Of a DNA stretch of 54,234 nt, positions 24,546 through 35,722 are shown one piece after another. Under the pieces are notes generated by a model, which was not told the origin of the DNA, did not search any database, and saw only the letters and a list, made by a program, of their open reading frames with translations. Numbering within the stretch: the first letter of the stretch is position 1; each line of letters begins with the position of its first letter. A program made the translations under genes and the position numbers. The stretch comes from Girardia tigrina (lineage: Eukaryota), in the NCBI GenBank assembly GCA_001938485.1, contig MQRK01202609.1, positions 25,827 through 80,060 of the forward strand, written 5' to 3'.

Positions 24546-24799
24546 CAAAAAGCCGCGATAGCCTGTTGTCACGACCCTTTCGAGTGAAAACATTTTTAAA
24601 ATCTCCCAGTGATTGTTAAGGGTCAATCACAACCCACGTTAAATTTATTTCGATTCTAACGCCATTATATATAGGGTCGGACGCCTCCTATCTTGCCTGA
24701 CATCTGCCTAGCAGTGCCAAGCTCAAGGGGCCTTCGGGTTCAGCTAAAGGTAGGATAGGCTGTGGGCCCCCCCACCTGGGTCAGCATCAATAGGGGATG

Positions 24800-26103
24800 A
24801 TTTCAATTTGTACAGTTGAGTAATTTTCTGCTAATTACATCGCTTATGTCTGCCCGTAGAGGTGTGCTGACATTATATATTTGAAAGGTTAGTTTATCGT
24901 AAGAATTAGAGTTCATAATAAAGTCGTCGTCATTTCGGCCATCTTATCTCTGTTCTAATCCAGCTTACTACGTTTTCTGGAAACCTCTCCCTGGCACTCT
25001 TGTCTAGAATAATTTTTCCTCATAATATTAAATCCTAGTATCGTTTAGCAGAGGCATCTGATCATATTACATCTAATTCGTAGTTCAGTCATTAAATTTG
25101 TATAGAGTCTAAAAGGAAATCCCTATCTAAATTCGTTGATTTTCTCCGGAAACCTAATTTCAAATATCAACCATATCTTATAAATTTTTATTGATTTAGT
25201 AAACGATATTTTATATTTATCAAACAACCAAATGATATTCACAACTTTAAAAAATGGTAAATAAATATCATGTTATTCTAGCAATCTTAAATTAAACTTT
25301 CAGCCGATCGTTCTGACATCTCCAGTCACTATGAAAACAATAAGGATTGTGTAAATAATTACTTCGAAGTTTTCTATTTATTTTAATTATTTACAGGACT
25401 CGATCGTGAAATTTATGGAATAAAATTTTTAAATTTGATAAAATAACATTAATTGGATAAAATTTACGAAATTTCGCAGAAAAAAATTTCTTTTTTTTTA
25501 TAATATCATAAGTTTCGCTACATATTCGTCCAAATTACTACAATTTTATCATAATGATCCAATTAATCAGGTAATCGAATTCTGCAAAAAGTCGCATGAA
25601 AATTATAAAAATTTATTTAATGAATAAAAATCATGAAAGTAATTAATAGTAAAATCTATATTATATACAAAAATTTTACGTTCAAAAAAATAGGTTTGTT
25701 TTAATATTCCAATCCTATCCTCGAGGTCGCGCCACCAAATCAAACCCCGTCGGATTTTATCATCATGTTTCTGGCGGAACGGAGTTTCTCTCGACTCTAT
25801 TGCCGTTTGATTAATCTAGGCGACTCGCGATTCCACGCTGTCTGGAGTCCACTCAATACGAGCACCTCAGTTAAATAACTTAATGGTAACGGTCTCTCAT
25901 CGACGATGATTAAGATACTGCGACCTTCATTGATTTATTCAGGCAATCGATAATTACTCCGGGGCATCTACGATGCAGGACGACGACGGCGGCTGTTGAG
26001 ACTTAACGATTTGGAACTCGTGGCCGTCCGGACTAAACCGGTGAAGGAGAATAACCCATCGGCACTTAAACTCGGTTAGATAATATTATATTCGATCAAT
26101 AAA
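24800..26103 (+). pseudogene. Putative decayed multi-exon gene inside the insertion
   Basis: GT-AG intron candidates at 25257-25303, 25351-25396, 25639-25693 (weaker at 24820-24859 and 24888-24963). GC-rich last exon and AATAAA at ~26098. No continuous ORF. Confidence 0.4.
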
Positions 26104-26309
26104 TACCTATAACTGAATTAATTAATAGAAAAGGATAAGAAGGATTAAATGTAAACTGTAATTCAATTTAAAATAAATTCAACTTGAAACATTTATTTAA
26201 ATTTTTAAAACCAAAATGAAATTCGTCAATATAAAATGAATACAATATACTAATTTAATTTACTATAATAGTGTTCGGAGGAGTGTTAAATCTCGGGTCA
26301 ATCGCTAGT

Positions 26310-26960
26310 TCACGGGTCGTTCTTCGTCGGCTATCTCGATAATAAGTCGGGGTACTCAGTCACGGTTCTGCACTGGAATTGGCTGTCTCAAGTCGCGGCT
26401 GTGGCCCTCTTTTTCGATTTCGTCACCGTCTATCACCAATGAATCCCGCTCTGTGGCTGATCGTTGGTGTTTCCCCTTGGTTATTTGACTTGCTTCTTTC
26501 TCCTGGCTATCGTTGGATTGCGCTACTGCGGTTCGTTGCTCAAATCGATTTTCTTGAAGGTACGTTAATACATCGTCTCAAGCGTCTATCAAAATTGTGT
26601 GACTTAGTTAACCACTTCTGTGGTCAACCTCTTGGAAAAAAAATTGGCATTGTGCCAAATTTGTCCGTGTAATGTTCTAATAAAATATCTGCGAGTCTCG
26701 GTGAGGTATAAAAGTTGTCTGTGGTAAGACAATGTCCTAAATGCAATATGGGTTTCATCAGATGCATAACAATTTGCCCGAATCCAGTTCGGGCAAATCA
26801 CTGTGTCAGCAAAATACCTACCCGAATGGTATTCGGGCAAATCACAGAAGTGGTTGACTTTTCTTTTATATTCTAGATATGCTATCCTGTTGTCTTCTTT
26901 TGTCCAACCAGATCTCGCCAACCCACTGTCTGAAATTTCTGCAATGCTAGTTGGTTATGC
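26310..26960 (-). pseudogene. Frameshifted ORF of unknown function inside the insertion
   Basis: 105-aa ORF (26604-26921) with Cys/His residues, followed in another frame by a ~73-aa hydrophilic stretch (DDVLTYLQENRFEQ...). Confidence 0.4.
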
Positions 26961-27063
26961 TGGTAAGTGTGTTTCTAAAAAATTTTCGAAATTTTAAAAC
27001 TTTTTTACTTTATTATAAGATCCAGTGCTCGTGTGTCTTTACACACTCACAAACTTCTCCAAC

Positions 27064-27855
27064 ATGCCTGCTGCTGATTCATGGATGATTCACATGGAAT
27101 CATCAGCTAACGATTATTTTCGGATTCTGGGTTGACTCATGGTAAAATTAATTAATTTTCTATTTTTCTTAATTAATTGTTTGATCTTTCAGGGGCTGTA
27201 ACTTTTCTCGAGGAGATCCTACGGCCTCGCTGGTTTTGCCCACGGATTACCCGCGCGAAGATCTTTCGTGGGAGGGTCGGTCGACCCTGTGGCACCATCG
27301 GATAATTCAGTAGGTGAGTTTGTTGTTTTCTTTCTGATTTTTAATTAATTTTTTCTCTTTAAGAGTGAATAACTTCTTTCAGGGATCCGCTGTTGTCTCA
27401 CACGTTCTGCCCATGGATCCGTCTCGCGAGGGGCTACGTGGAGGGGGTTGGATGACCTCTCAGCTCCAATAGGTAATTCGGTAAGCGACTTTATTAATTT
27501 TTGGTTTTATTTTAATTAATTTTTTTCTTTCAAGGTTTACTATCTCTACTCGCGGGTTCTTCAAACATCGAGGGGTCATTCTCGCGGATTCCCCGCAGTG
27601 TTTCTGCCTGTGGCGGGGCGGTTGTTCGCCCTCTTTAATCGGGTAAGTTTTAATTCGACTCTGTCTCGTCTTTCTTTATGTGTTTCTAGTTCCCATGCGC
27701 ATCTCCAGTGTCTCGCTGCTCTACGAGGGGATCGGGGTCATCTTTGCCGTTCGAATTGGTGTTATTATTTAAATATATGTATTATTTGTAAGGGATTCCT
27801 TTGTTTTCTTTATGTTTGCTGCATGTTGTGTTTGGTGATTTGTGGGTTCGCGTAG
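27064..27855 (+). pseudogene. Five-exon gene with tandemly duplicated exons inside the insertion
   Basis: TATAA at ~27014 and caacATG at 27064. Introns 27142-27192, 27310-27363, 27481-27534, 27643-27689. Internal exons 117/117/108 nt. One frame has a single stop across exons 2-5; a frameshift is needed in exon 1. Confidence 0.65.
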
Positions 27856-27907
27856 AATGTGTTTCTGTTCGTAACAATGTTTTGTGATGTATTTCGGACC
27901 GCAACAC

Positions 27908-28011
27908 TGTGAACGAGAATAATGAAAATAAGGATTTATTTCTATAACAAGATTTAAAAACCGTTCGCCGAATTCTGATTATTTAAACAAGTTTTCGACG
28001 TTTCTACTAAA
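27908..28011 (-). repeat. 5' LTR of the Gypsy element
   Basis: Near-identical to 21005-21100, with an 8-bp indel and a few substitutions. Confidence 0.9.
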
Positions 28012-29369
28012 ATGTCGCGATGATACAAAGTTTGAATGTTCGACAATTAGGGATATATATATTAAAATTTTATTTGGAAAAATATTTAATGAAGTTTTAA
28101 ATAATTTTTACTAATTTTTGTTCTGTATAATTTTTAACACAACGTATATTAATATTTTTTAAATATTTTATAATTTGTTTTACAAAATCAATTGAATAAA
28201 TAAATAAAAATAGTTATTTAAGCAATTAAAAAATTGACTTAGCTGAAAACTTAATTCCAAAAATAATTTTGAATAAAGAGAAGCCAGTGAAATTTGCAGT
28301 AATCCTTAAAGAATTTGAAGTAACATTTTATTATTGTTCTTTCCTCTTAATAATCAAGTATCCTGTAAAGGAGAACACGATTAAAACAATTGTCATTTTT
28401 CACCGTTATTGCTCGTACAAACGTATTGACATTGAAGAACTGTGTGTTCAGCGTTTATTAATTATTGTTGGATTGTTATTTAGATTTGTACTACAAGCGG
28501 TAATTGATAATTGAAGATTGAAACATTTATTTGAAGCTGTGTTTAAATTTGTGTTATTAAAAATAAAAGTTATTAAGAGAATTTGTGTTCACTTGTTCAT
28601 ATATTTGTGTTGGAAGTGCCTACTAAATTATTGGAGTCAGATATAAAGTTGCGATCAAAATATTGATAATAAACTTTGAATATTTTGAATACCCAACACT
28701 AAATTTTTATAAACGGAAGCCGTGTCTGTTATTGGGATTAATTTTTGGATCGAGAAATTAATTTGATTTTGACGGAGTTAATTTGAAATTTTAAATCGAG
28801 GTAAAGGATTTTACAATTATAAAATTTAGTAATATTTTTCTTTTTTTTAACGGCTTAAATTTAATTGGAAATATTTTTAATTTAAGTTTAACTTAAAATT
28901 ATATTATAAGAATTTTCCATAATAAAAGTCCAAAAAATAGATAATGTTTATTTTTATGACACAATCAAATAATGCTCGTCTAAAATTAATTACACTGATT
29001 GATTTAAACAATCTCAGGAGTTATTATATATTCAGGATCCTTTGATATAATATGATATTGCTATAAATAATTATATGTATTTTAATTTATAAACATATAG
29101 TTATTAATTATTCTCACATATATAACTATTAATATTTTGAAATTATATTTCTTAAACTGACCTACTTTGTTTGATAAGTGACACTTATCAACAAAAAATT
29201 TATTAGAATAAGTATTTTCCTCAGTGAGATATATTCCATATTTATAAATATAGATATTATTTTATTATTTGTGAATTGTTCATAATAAATTATTTTTTAC
29301 TTTTAAAAACAATTTTTGTGTTCTTCCTCATTGTTCAAAATTCAAATCATCTATTCTAAGATCAATAAT

Positions 29370-29760
29370 ACTAGGAATTTGAATTTAAAAATCGTATCAA
29401 AAACATATAAAATTCAGAATATGTTCAGTAATAAATCGAAAACTCATTTGAGTTTATGCTCGGATCTTGTGAATAAATTTGAGTGTAATGGGTGCAACGC
29501 TACATACATTGGAGAGACAGTCCATCATCTATGTAACAGGGTTCGTGAGCATGGGCATCTAAGTTGTAGTAGTAGTATTGCTGAACATAAAAAACATTGT
29601 AAATCGTCTGTTGAAATAAATAATTTTAAAGTTTTATGCAGCAAATTTAAAAATTATTAGGAAAGAGTCTCGTGTGAGGCGTTATTAATTAAAGCGGTTA
29701 ATCCAGTAATTAATGTCCAATCAGTGACTCATCAACTTTGTTGAAAGTTTTTGCATGAAA
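29370..29760 (+). pseudogene. Penelope-like element GIY-YIG endonuclease fragment
   Basis: Motifs KFECNGCNATYIGETVHHLCNRVREH, SSIAEH, EALLIK...P.IN. Confidence 0.85.
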
Positions 29761-30077
29761 CAGTAATTACATAATTTATTGATGATTCAGTACCGAACAT
29801 CGTAATCTTGATTTGAATTTTTCTGACAATTGGGGTGTGGCAACATGTGAGGGAAGTGTTTCTAAGGTCAAAGTGATAAAACACTATTTAAGATAAATAA
29901 TAATTATAGAAGTAATCTAAAGTTTAAATTCTTAAAACTAGAAATTACTTCTACTTCATAAAAATATAATCAAATGGTTAGAACAACAGACTTTGTCGTT
30001 AAATAATATATAATTCGTTAAAAAAACGCAACAGATAAACGTAAGGAATAAGAGTGTAACCGTCTTGGTAATTTTCA

Positions 30078-30543
30078 ATGTCTTTTGAATTAGAGAACGC
30101 AGAGCGGTCAATATTTGTAGAAAACCAACTGGTGTGGATAAAACCGAATCAAAGTACACCTTGTACACGACAGTGGATGAAGGAGACGGTGGTGAAACGA
30201 TTAGATTCGGTAAAGTTTTTGATTAATTGTAATGGTTTTTGTAGCCTGCGACATGTTGTGGATATAGACCGCGACAACCGGATCAAGCCCCGGGGCCGAG
30301 TCTAGAGATCGGGAATGATGATGACGGCGAGTCGGCAGAAGAGAGAAATCAGGAACATGAAAGAGTGTGACCTCGACGGGAAACACGCCGTCCAGCCTAC
30401 CTCGATGATTTTATTGTTAATGGAGATTCGAGTGTGGACGAATCTGGTGGAGTTGTAGTGGAGAATTATTAAAAACAAATAAATCAATTTGTTTTAGTTC
30501 TCAGAAATCATCGATCGAAGATCATTTGAAATAGATATTCACG
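30078..30543 (+). mobile_element. Gypsy integrase C-terminus plus short LTR, related to the 21005 element
   Basis: VWIKPNQSTPCTRQW resembles FVKQVSATCTTQW of the 21-kb element. LTR starts TGTAGTGGA at 30454, the same start as the other LTR. Confidence 0.6.
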
Positions 30544-31327
30544 TGTTAATCCTTTTTTATTATTTTCTTAGATAACAGTTGTATTGAGAATACATCGATT
30601 AAACTCGATCGATAAGAGCAAATTCGAAAAATTTCTAACGAAAATGATGTATTTAAACCAAAACTATTGTGTTTCTCTATCAAACAAATCTTTCATTTAA
30701 AAAGGGAATTTTTAGATAGATTAGAAATTCTTACAGAAAAAAAATATTTACAATACTAATTTTGCAATTTAAATAATTTGTTATTTTCGTTACGGATATG
30801 TTAAATTTATCGTTTGTAAGATTTATTTTGTGGGGTAATTTGAAACTTTTTTCTTTATTTATGTCAGTGGAAATGTGGTGGTACACGACACATGGAAAAA
30901 GAAAAAATGTAAGATTACAAGCTGTTAATAATAAAAATACTGAAAAAATCGTGGTATGTGCCAATCGATGTAAAAAGGTTCAAAAAATTTAAGAATCCTG
31001 TTATAATTAGCGATCCAAAAACAATAAAAAAACTGTAAATTTAAACGAAATATTAATAGTTTAACCGGTTTGGATCTTTAGAATTTTACTTTACCACCTT
31101 TACCAAGTCTCTGTTTTCGTAGACTGGTCCGGGGATATTCATTTCAGAAATGCTCTCCGTTGAATATTCGAATTCACCAGATTTTCATTTATATTGTGAG
31201 AGAGAATGGGAATTTAATTGACAAATTAAATTCATTTGTTTAAATTTAGTATTTGTAAAATTCAGAAATTATTTAAAATATAGCTTTTTGTGCAGTGCGT
31301 CTTCTTTTTTAAATTTCAGTTGCTAAA

Positions 31328-32300
31328 AGCTATCGCGGCATGAAGCGTATGAAATTCACAGACGCGGTCCTAATGTTCGACGGACATGGCGACTTTGTGA
31401 TCTGTTACCGAATATTTGAAACCGCGATGTCAGTATGTGAAGTAGAAAAGATGGCAGCTCTACCGATGCTTCTGGACAGGAGTGCCTTTGCTTAATTTGC
31501 AGGACTAACTATCAAGGACCAAAAGAACTAAGGCTGCACTGTCAGCGGTGTATGAGCCCAGTCCTCAGGAGACGTTTGAGGAATTCAGGTCAAGAAGCAA
31601 TCGACCAAGAGAATCGGTCGAGGAATTTCTGACAGCCCTTCAATGACTCGTAACGGTAATCTGCGTGGATCGGAGACCACATGAACAATTCCTGGGGTAT
31701 GCGTTTCTGGCAGGCCTACCGGCCGAAACATATAAGTTCTTGGCGTCGGAGACCGGGAAGAGAAATATTCCTCTGCGCGATAAGATCCAAGTAGCTCGGT
31801 CGCTCCTCCATATCAACATGGACATGTGTTATCCAGTCAAGCCAACAACTAGAATGGCGGTGGCCACGGCATTGAACGACAACGTTGTGTCGATCCGAGG
31901 CGGTGCTTCAAGAGCAACACGCGGGGTCACCTGCAACGAGATTGCAGAATGAAGTCAGAGGCGGAAACAGGCCCATCACCGACTCCAAGACCCGGAGTGT
32001 GCTTCATATGCGGCGCACCGGATTACTTTTGTGTGGCATGCCCACAAAAAAATTCAAATTTGAATAAGATCAACAGGCCTTCTCTTTTGTGGTAGGGTAC
32101 CTGTGAGCTGCCACCCTTAGTTACCCGTGATTGACGTCTAAGTTGGGTTATGGTGTGTAAGGGCACTGGTCGGCACTGGATGATTTGTAACAATGATGGA
32201 GCAGTAACTTGTGTAGCCGGATCAAGGGAAGCACGCATCTAAAAAAACTGCAGACAGTTCTTGGTCAAGCAGTGTTATCTCAAGAACCCTGGGTGGAATT
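31328..32300 (+). mobile_element. Gypsy gag/protease remnant
   Basis: AGCTATCGCGGC leader, then MKRMKF...FDGHGDF, RPRESVEEF-like motif, AFLAGLP, knuckle remnant CFICGAPDYFCVAC. Confidence 0.7.
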
Positions 32301-32329
32301 TGAAGTAATGCGGCACCGTTGAAATGCTG

Positions 32330-32590
32330 GGTTCTGTTGGTTCGGTGTTTAAAACCGATCGGGGCAGACATGATATTATGAATGGTACCAATACAATCAC
32401 TGGGATTTCAAACAGATTGATATTTTAAACAAATACTCCAGTCGAAATGTATTTGTTCCGAAATACCGGATTATGATATCCATTGGATCCAAAAATTTTT
32501 AATCACCTTTCTGCTGTTATCGTCTTTATCGGTTTTAGACATATATACTTCGGAAATGGGCAATGACACAGATGATATATCGGTATCCTT
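32330..32590 (-). pseudogene. Retroviral-type integrase core fragment
   Basis: GYRYIICVIAHF / KYICLKPIKTITAE / WIS.SGISEQIHFD across frameshifts. Confidence 0.55.
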
Positions 32591-33320
32591 TTTTTGTAAT
32601 GTTAAACGATGTTAAGAATTGATAAAGAAATTATAATTTTTATTTATACATTATAAAAATAAAATTTTGTTTTTTTTATATTAAAAATATAGAAATAATT
32701 TTTCGTGTAATTTAGTTTTTTTGAGTTTTAATTTGAGTTTTTGTGAATTCTGAGTATGTTTTAGTGAAATGTTGCGTGGTGACATTCATTATTTTGAAAT
32801 TTGATTGAGTTGCATTGTGATAGAAACAATAAACATTTCATTTAAATTGTTACGCACAAGGGTAAATTTTATATTTCCCAAACGTCGTAACAAAGGAGAA
32901 ATGGATAAGTCTCCTGATAATCGATTTTTTATAATTTAGAATTTATGAATCAATAAATGAATAAACAACGTGAGACTTCTTTGAAAATATTTATTTAAAT
33001 GTTTATAAAAATCTTTACAAATTACAATTGTTGAAAAGTAAAAATATAAAAATATCCCTGTGTAAAAATATTATGGAACTGGGAAGCACCGTTCTCCAGT
33101 TACCAAAAGTTTGAAAAATTTATAAATAAGAATTAATAATTTAATATAATTACAAAGATGATTGATTTTAAAATATGTTAATTTTAAGAGAAATTATTTT
33201 AAGAAAAATTTAAGTATAACCTTGTCACCGAAAAGATCTCTGTCTAGAAATATCCGTAGAAGTCTTCACGCGGTTAAGGTCAGGATCTGAAGTTTGCCAC
33301 AATAACTGAAACCAGGAAAC

Positions 33321-33425
33321 TATCGTCAAATGAATTCGAGTTATCGTCAGATGAATTCGAGTTATCGTCAAATGAATCTGAGCTATCGTCAAATGAATTC
33401 GAGTTATCGTCAAATGAATTCGAGT
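33321..33425. repeat. Minisatellite, 5 x 21 bp (TATCGTCAAATGAATTCGAGT)
   Basis: Five head-to-tail copies with few substitutions. Confidence 0.95.
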
Positions 33426-34058
33426 CTGTGAAAAGAAATATACTAATACGTTTTGAGCCGTTTATTCTGAATTTTTTATAGTATCTGTAAAATCGCGTGG
33501 CGTAATAAAACAAGCAAAATCGTGAGAAAGATAATGGTTACACAAAGCTGAGCACCACGTGGTAAAACTTTGGACGCGTACGGTAATGTGCGTTCAACAA
33601 AAGAATATGCGTGAGAAAGGTGCGTGGCTCAAAATTCTCTGTGAGTGAAGTACGCGTGAGAGAATGCGCAGTTGTGTATCGCTTGATTAAAAGAATAAGG
33701 TACGCATGACCACGCAGCAGTAAAGGACGCATCATGCGTGAAGACTTATCATAATAATAATAATTTTTTTTAAATAAATAATAAGATATTTAATTTAAAT
33801 TATTTTATATAGAAATATAAATAATAAATAAATACATGCTAAAAAATAACACAAAAATACTATAATATGTTAAAAATAACACAAAAATATTATAATAAAA
33901 ATTCACAATGTTTCTATAAACAATCAATCAACAACAACAAAAAAAGTCTATATTTATATTACCCCAACAAAATTATTTCATTAGTTTTCGTTTTACGTGA
34001 TTTTGTGACCGAATATTTTTGAAATATGATAGAACAAAAGTCGATCATCGTTAAGAAA

Positions 34059-34390
34059 ATGTCATCTAACATCACAAGTAATCTTACAATCAGCGGTGAA
34101 CGATTTACCGGTGACAATGTTCGTCGACAAAACACATTAGCCATCCAAACGATCGCCAATATCGTCAAAACGAGTCTCGGTCCAGTCGGTCTCAATAAAA
34201 TGCTCGTCGACGACGAGGGCGAAGTGACAATCAGCAATAACGGCGCGACAATTCAGAAACTAGTCGAAATCGAACACCCGGTGGCGAAAATTCTCGTCGA
34301 ACTCGCCCAACTCCAAGACAAAGAAGTTTGCGACGGAACGACCTCCGTGGTGATAATCGCCGCCGAATTGTTGAAACTCGTCGAAGAACA
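34059..34390 (+). pseudogene. TCP1: T-complex protein 1 subunit alpha (CCT1) 5' fragment
   Basis: IANIVKTSLGPVGLNKMLVDD...GATI...EIEHPVAKILVELAQLQDKEVCDGTTSVVIIAAELLK. Similarity ends after ~110 aa and conserved nucleotide-binding residues are altered. Confidence 0.85.
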
Positions 34391-35244
34391 AATCAAATCG
34401 ATATTTTTTCTATGTGATCTCGCGGTGTTATCAAATTTCAGAAACAAAAGATCATGTGAGATCTATCCCAATAATCTCAAATTGTCTATTGATGGTTCAG
34501 CTCTGTAACAGTACTCTAATTCTTAGGTTAATGTCTTTGTTTCGCATGCATGGTATGTCCTTGCTTTGAGTTTCTTTATACAATGACATCCGAGTTGACC
34601 TTCAGCTCCACACAATGAACATTTTAAATATAAACACTCTCTTCTGACATGTCCGAACCCTGTGAAAAAGATAACCATCATATGAAGCCTCGTTATACTG
34701 TACCATTTCCGGTTATTTCTATTAAAGGTAATCTCGAGCGTCTGAAGCCAGCATTCGGTTTTTCCAAAGACGAGAACCACCCCGAACTCCGTTCTTCTCC
34801 AAGGGGGCTATGTGGTGATGTCATTCCTCACCACATTCAATAATATTGAACTTCAATGATGTCACATCTCATGACATCACTAGAGTTCAAATTCAGGTGA
34901 TTTAATGTCATGACATCACCGGAATATGGAATTGCATAAACTGACCCATTGCCTTAATATAAAAGATCGACGATTTTCCAATTGAATTGGTTAGCAAACC
35001 CTAATCAATATTTTTTATAATAAATTTTATTATCTAGTTTGCGTTCTTTATATATATATATATATATTCTTAATTTAAAATATATGCATGTATAATTGAA
35101 AATATACTTATGTATAATTTAAAATACTATAATAGTAGAATAATTCATAATTTTGAAATTATTAGATTATCAACAAATATAAATTATTTAAACATTCGTG
35201 TTTAACTGAAGTATTTGTTACTCAAATCAGCTGATTCAAAAAAC

Positions 35245-35722
35245 ATGAGATCGCTACAAGTGCTACTGAATGCCAGGAGATTTCTGTCGACAGTTATTTC
35301 CGACATGAATCAAGTATTCTTTCGTCATTGACAAACATGACAAACAATTTATTGATTTATCAAGGTAGAATTAATGGGAAAAGTTAGTCGCATCAATACC
35401 ATGAATACAAAAGAAACATTAATAACGAATCTGTAACTGGATTAATGTATAATATTGGCTTGAAAGTTGCAAGAGAAAATAATAATTCTTATTTTTAGTA
35501 CTTTTAATTGAATAAATGTTTTGAATCGATATTCATATTATGACACGTTACAGTTTTACTGTTTTTAACGAAAATCTTCACAAATTATGTGAGATTATGA
35601 AGCAAGACGATCGTGTCAGAGTGATCGGCTATTTGCAACTTAAAAAACCTATCGGTGGCAAGGTTGTGGGTGTCGTAGCGCGCCATATCTTTCTAGTCGA
35701 TCAAAAAAACACCGTCAAATGA
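35245..35722 (+). CDS. SSB-like OB-fold protein, probably mitochondrial; spliced, possibly a pseudogene
   Basis: Transit-peptide-like MRSLQVLLNARRFLST. Intron 35314-35364 joins MNQ|VELMGKV. C-terminal TVFNENL...DDRVRVIGYL...VVARHIFL. The middle junction cannot be spliced without stops. Confidence 0.6.

Larger units (their letters stand above)
24567..27906 (-). mobile_element. 3,340-bp TG...CA insertion, putative giant solo LTR carrying spliced cargo genes
   Basis: CTGT TSD (24563-24566 / 27907-27910). Imperfect inverted ends TGTCACGACCC / GGACCGCAACA. Removing it restores the host LTR-PBS junction. Orientation inferred from TATA and AATAAA near the left end. Confidence 0.8.
21005..28011 (-). 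mobile_element. Ty3/Gypsy LTR retrotransposon with ~100-bp LTRs and a nested 3.3-kb insertion
   Basis: Matching LTRs at 21005-21100 and 27908-28011. PPT GGCAAGGGAGAG (21101-21112). Order gag-PR-RT-RH-IN on the minus strand. Outer TSD not recognisable. Confidence 0.9.

Noticed and set aside
27193-27642. Alternative reading in which each duplicated exon ends in TAA (alternative terminal exons)
   Set aside because: That frame has extra stops in exon 3 and no open link to exon 1. It is less supported than the read-through frame but not excluded.
30731-31200. Membrane-protein-like ORF
   Set aside because: Multiple stops, AT-driven hydrophobicity and no recognisable family.
33321-33425. CRISPR-like repeat array
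   Set aside because: Repeats are contiguous with no spacers, there are no cas genes, and the context is eukaryotic.
35433-35540. Stop-codon reassignment to explain the SSB-like gene
   Set aside because: Other ORFs end normally at TAA/TGA. Pseudogenisation or an unresolved splice is simpler.
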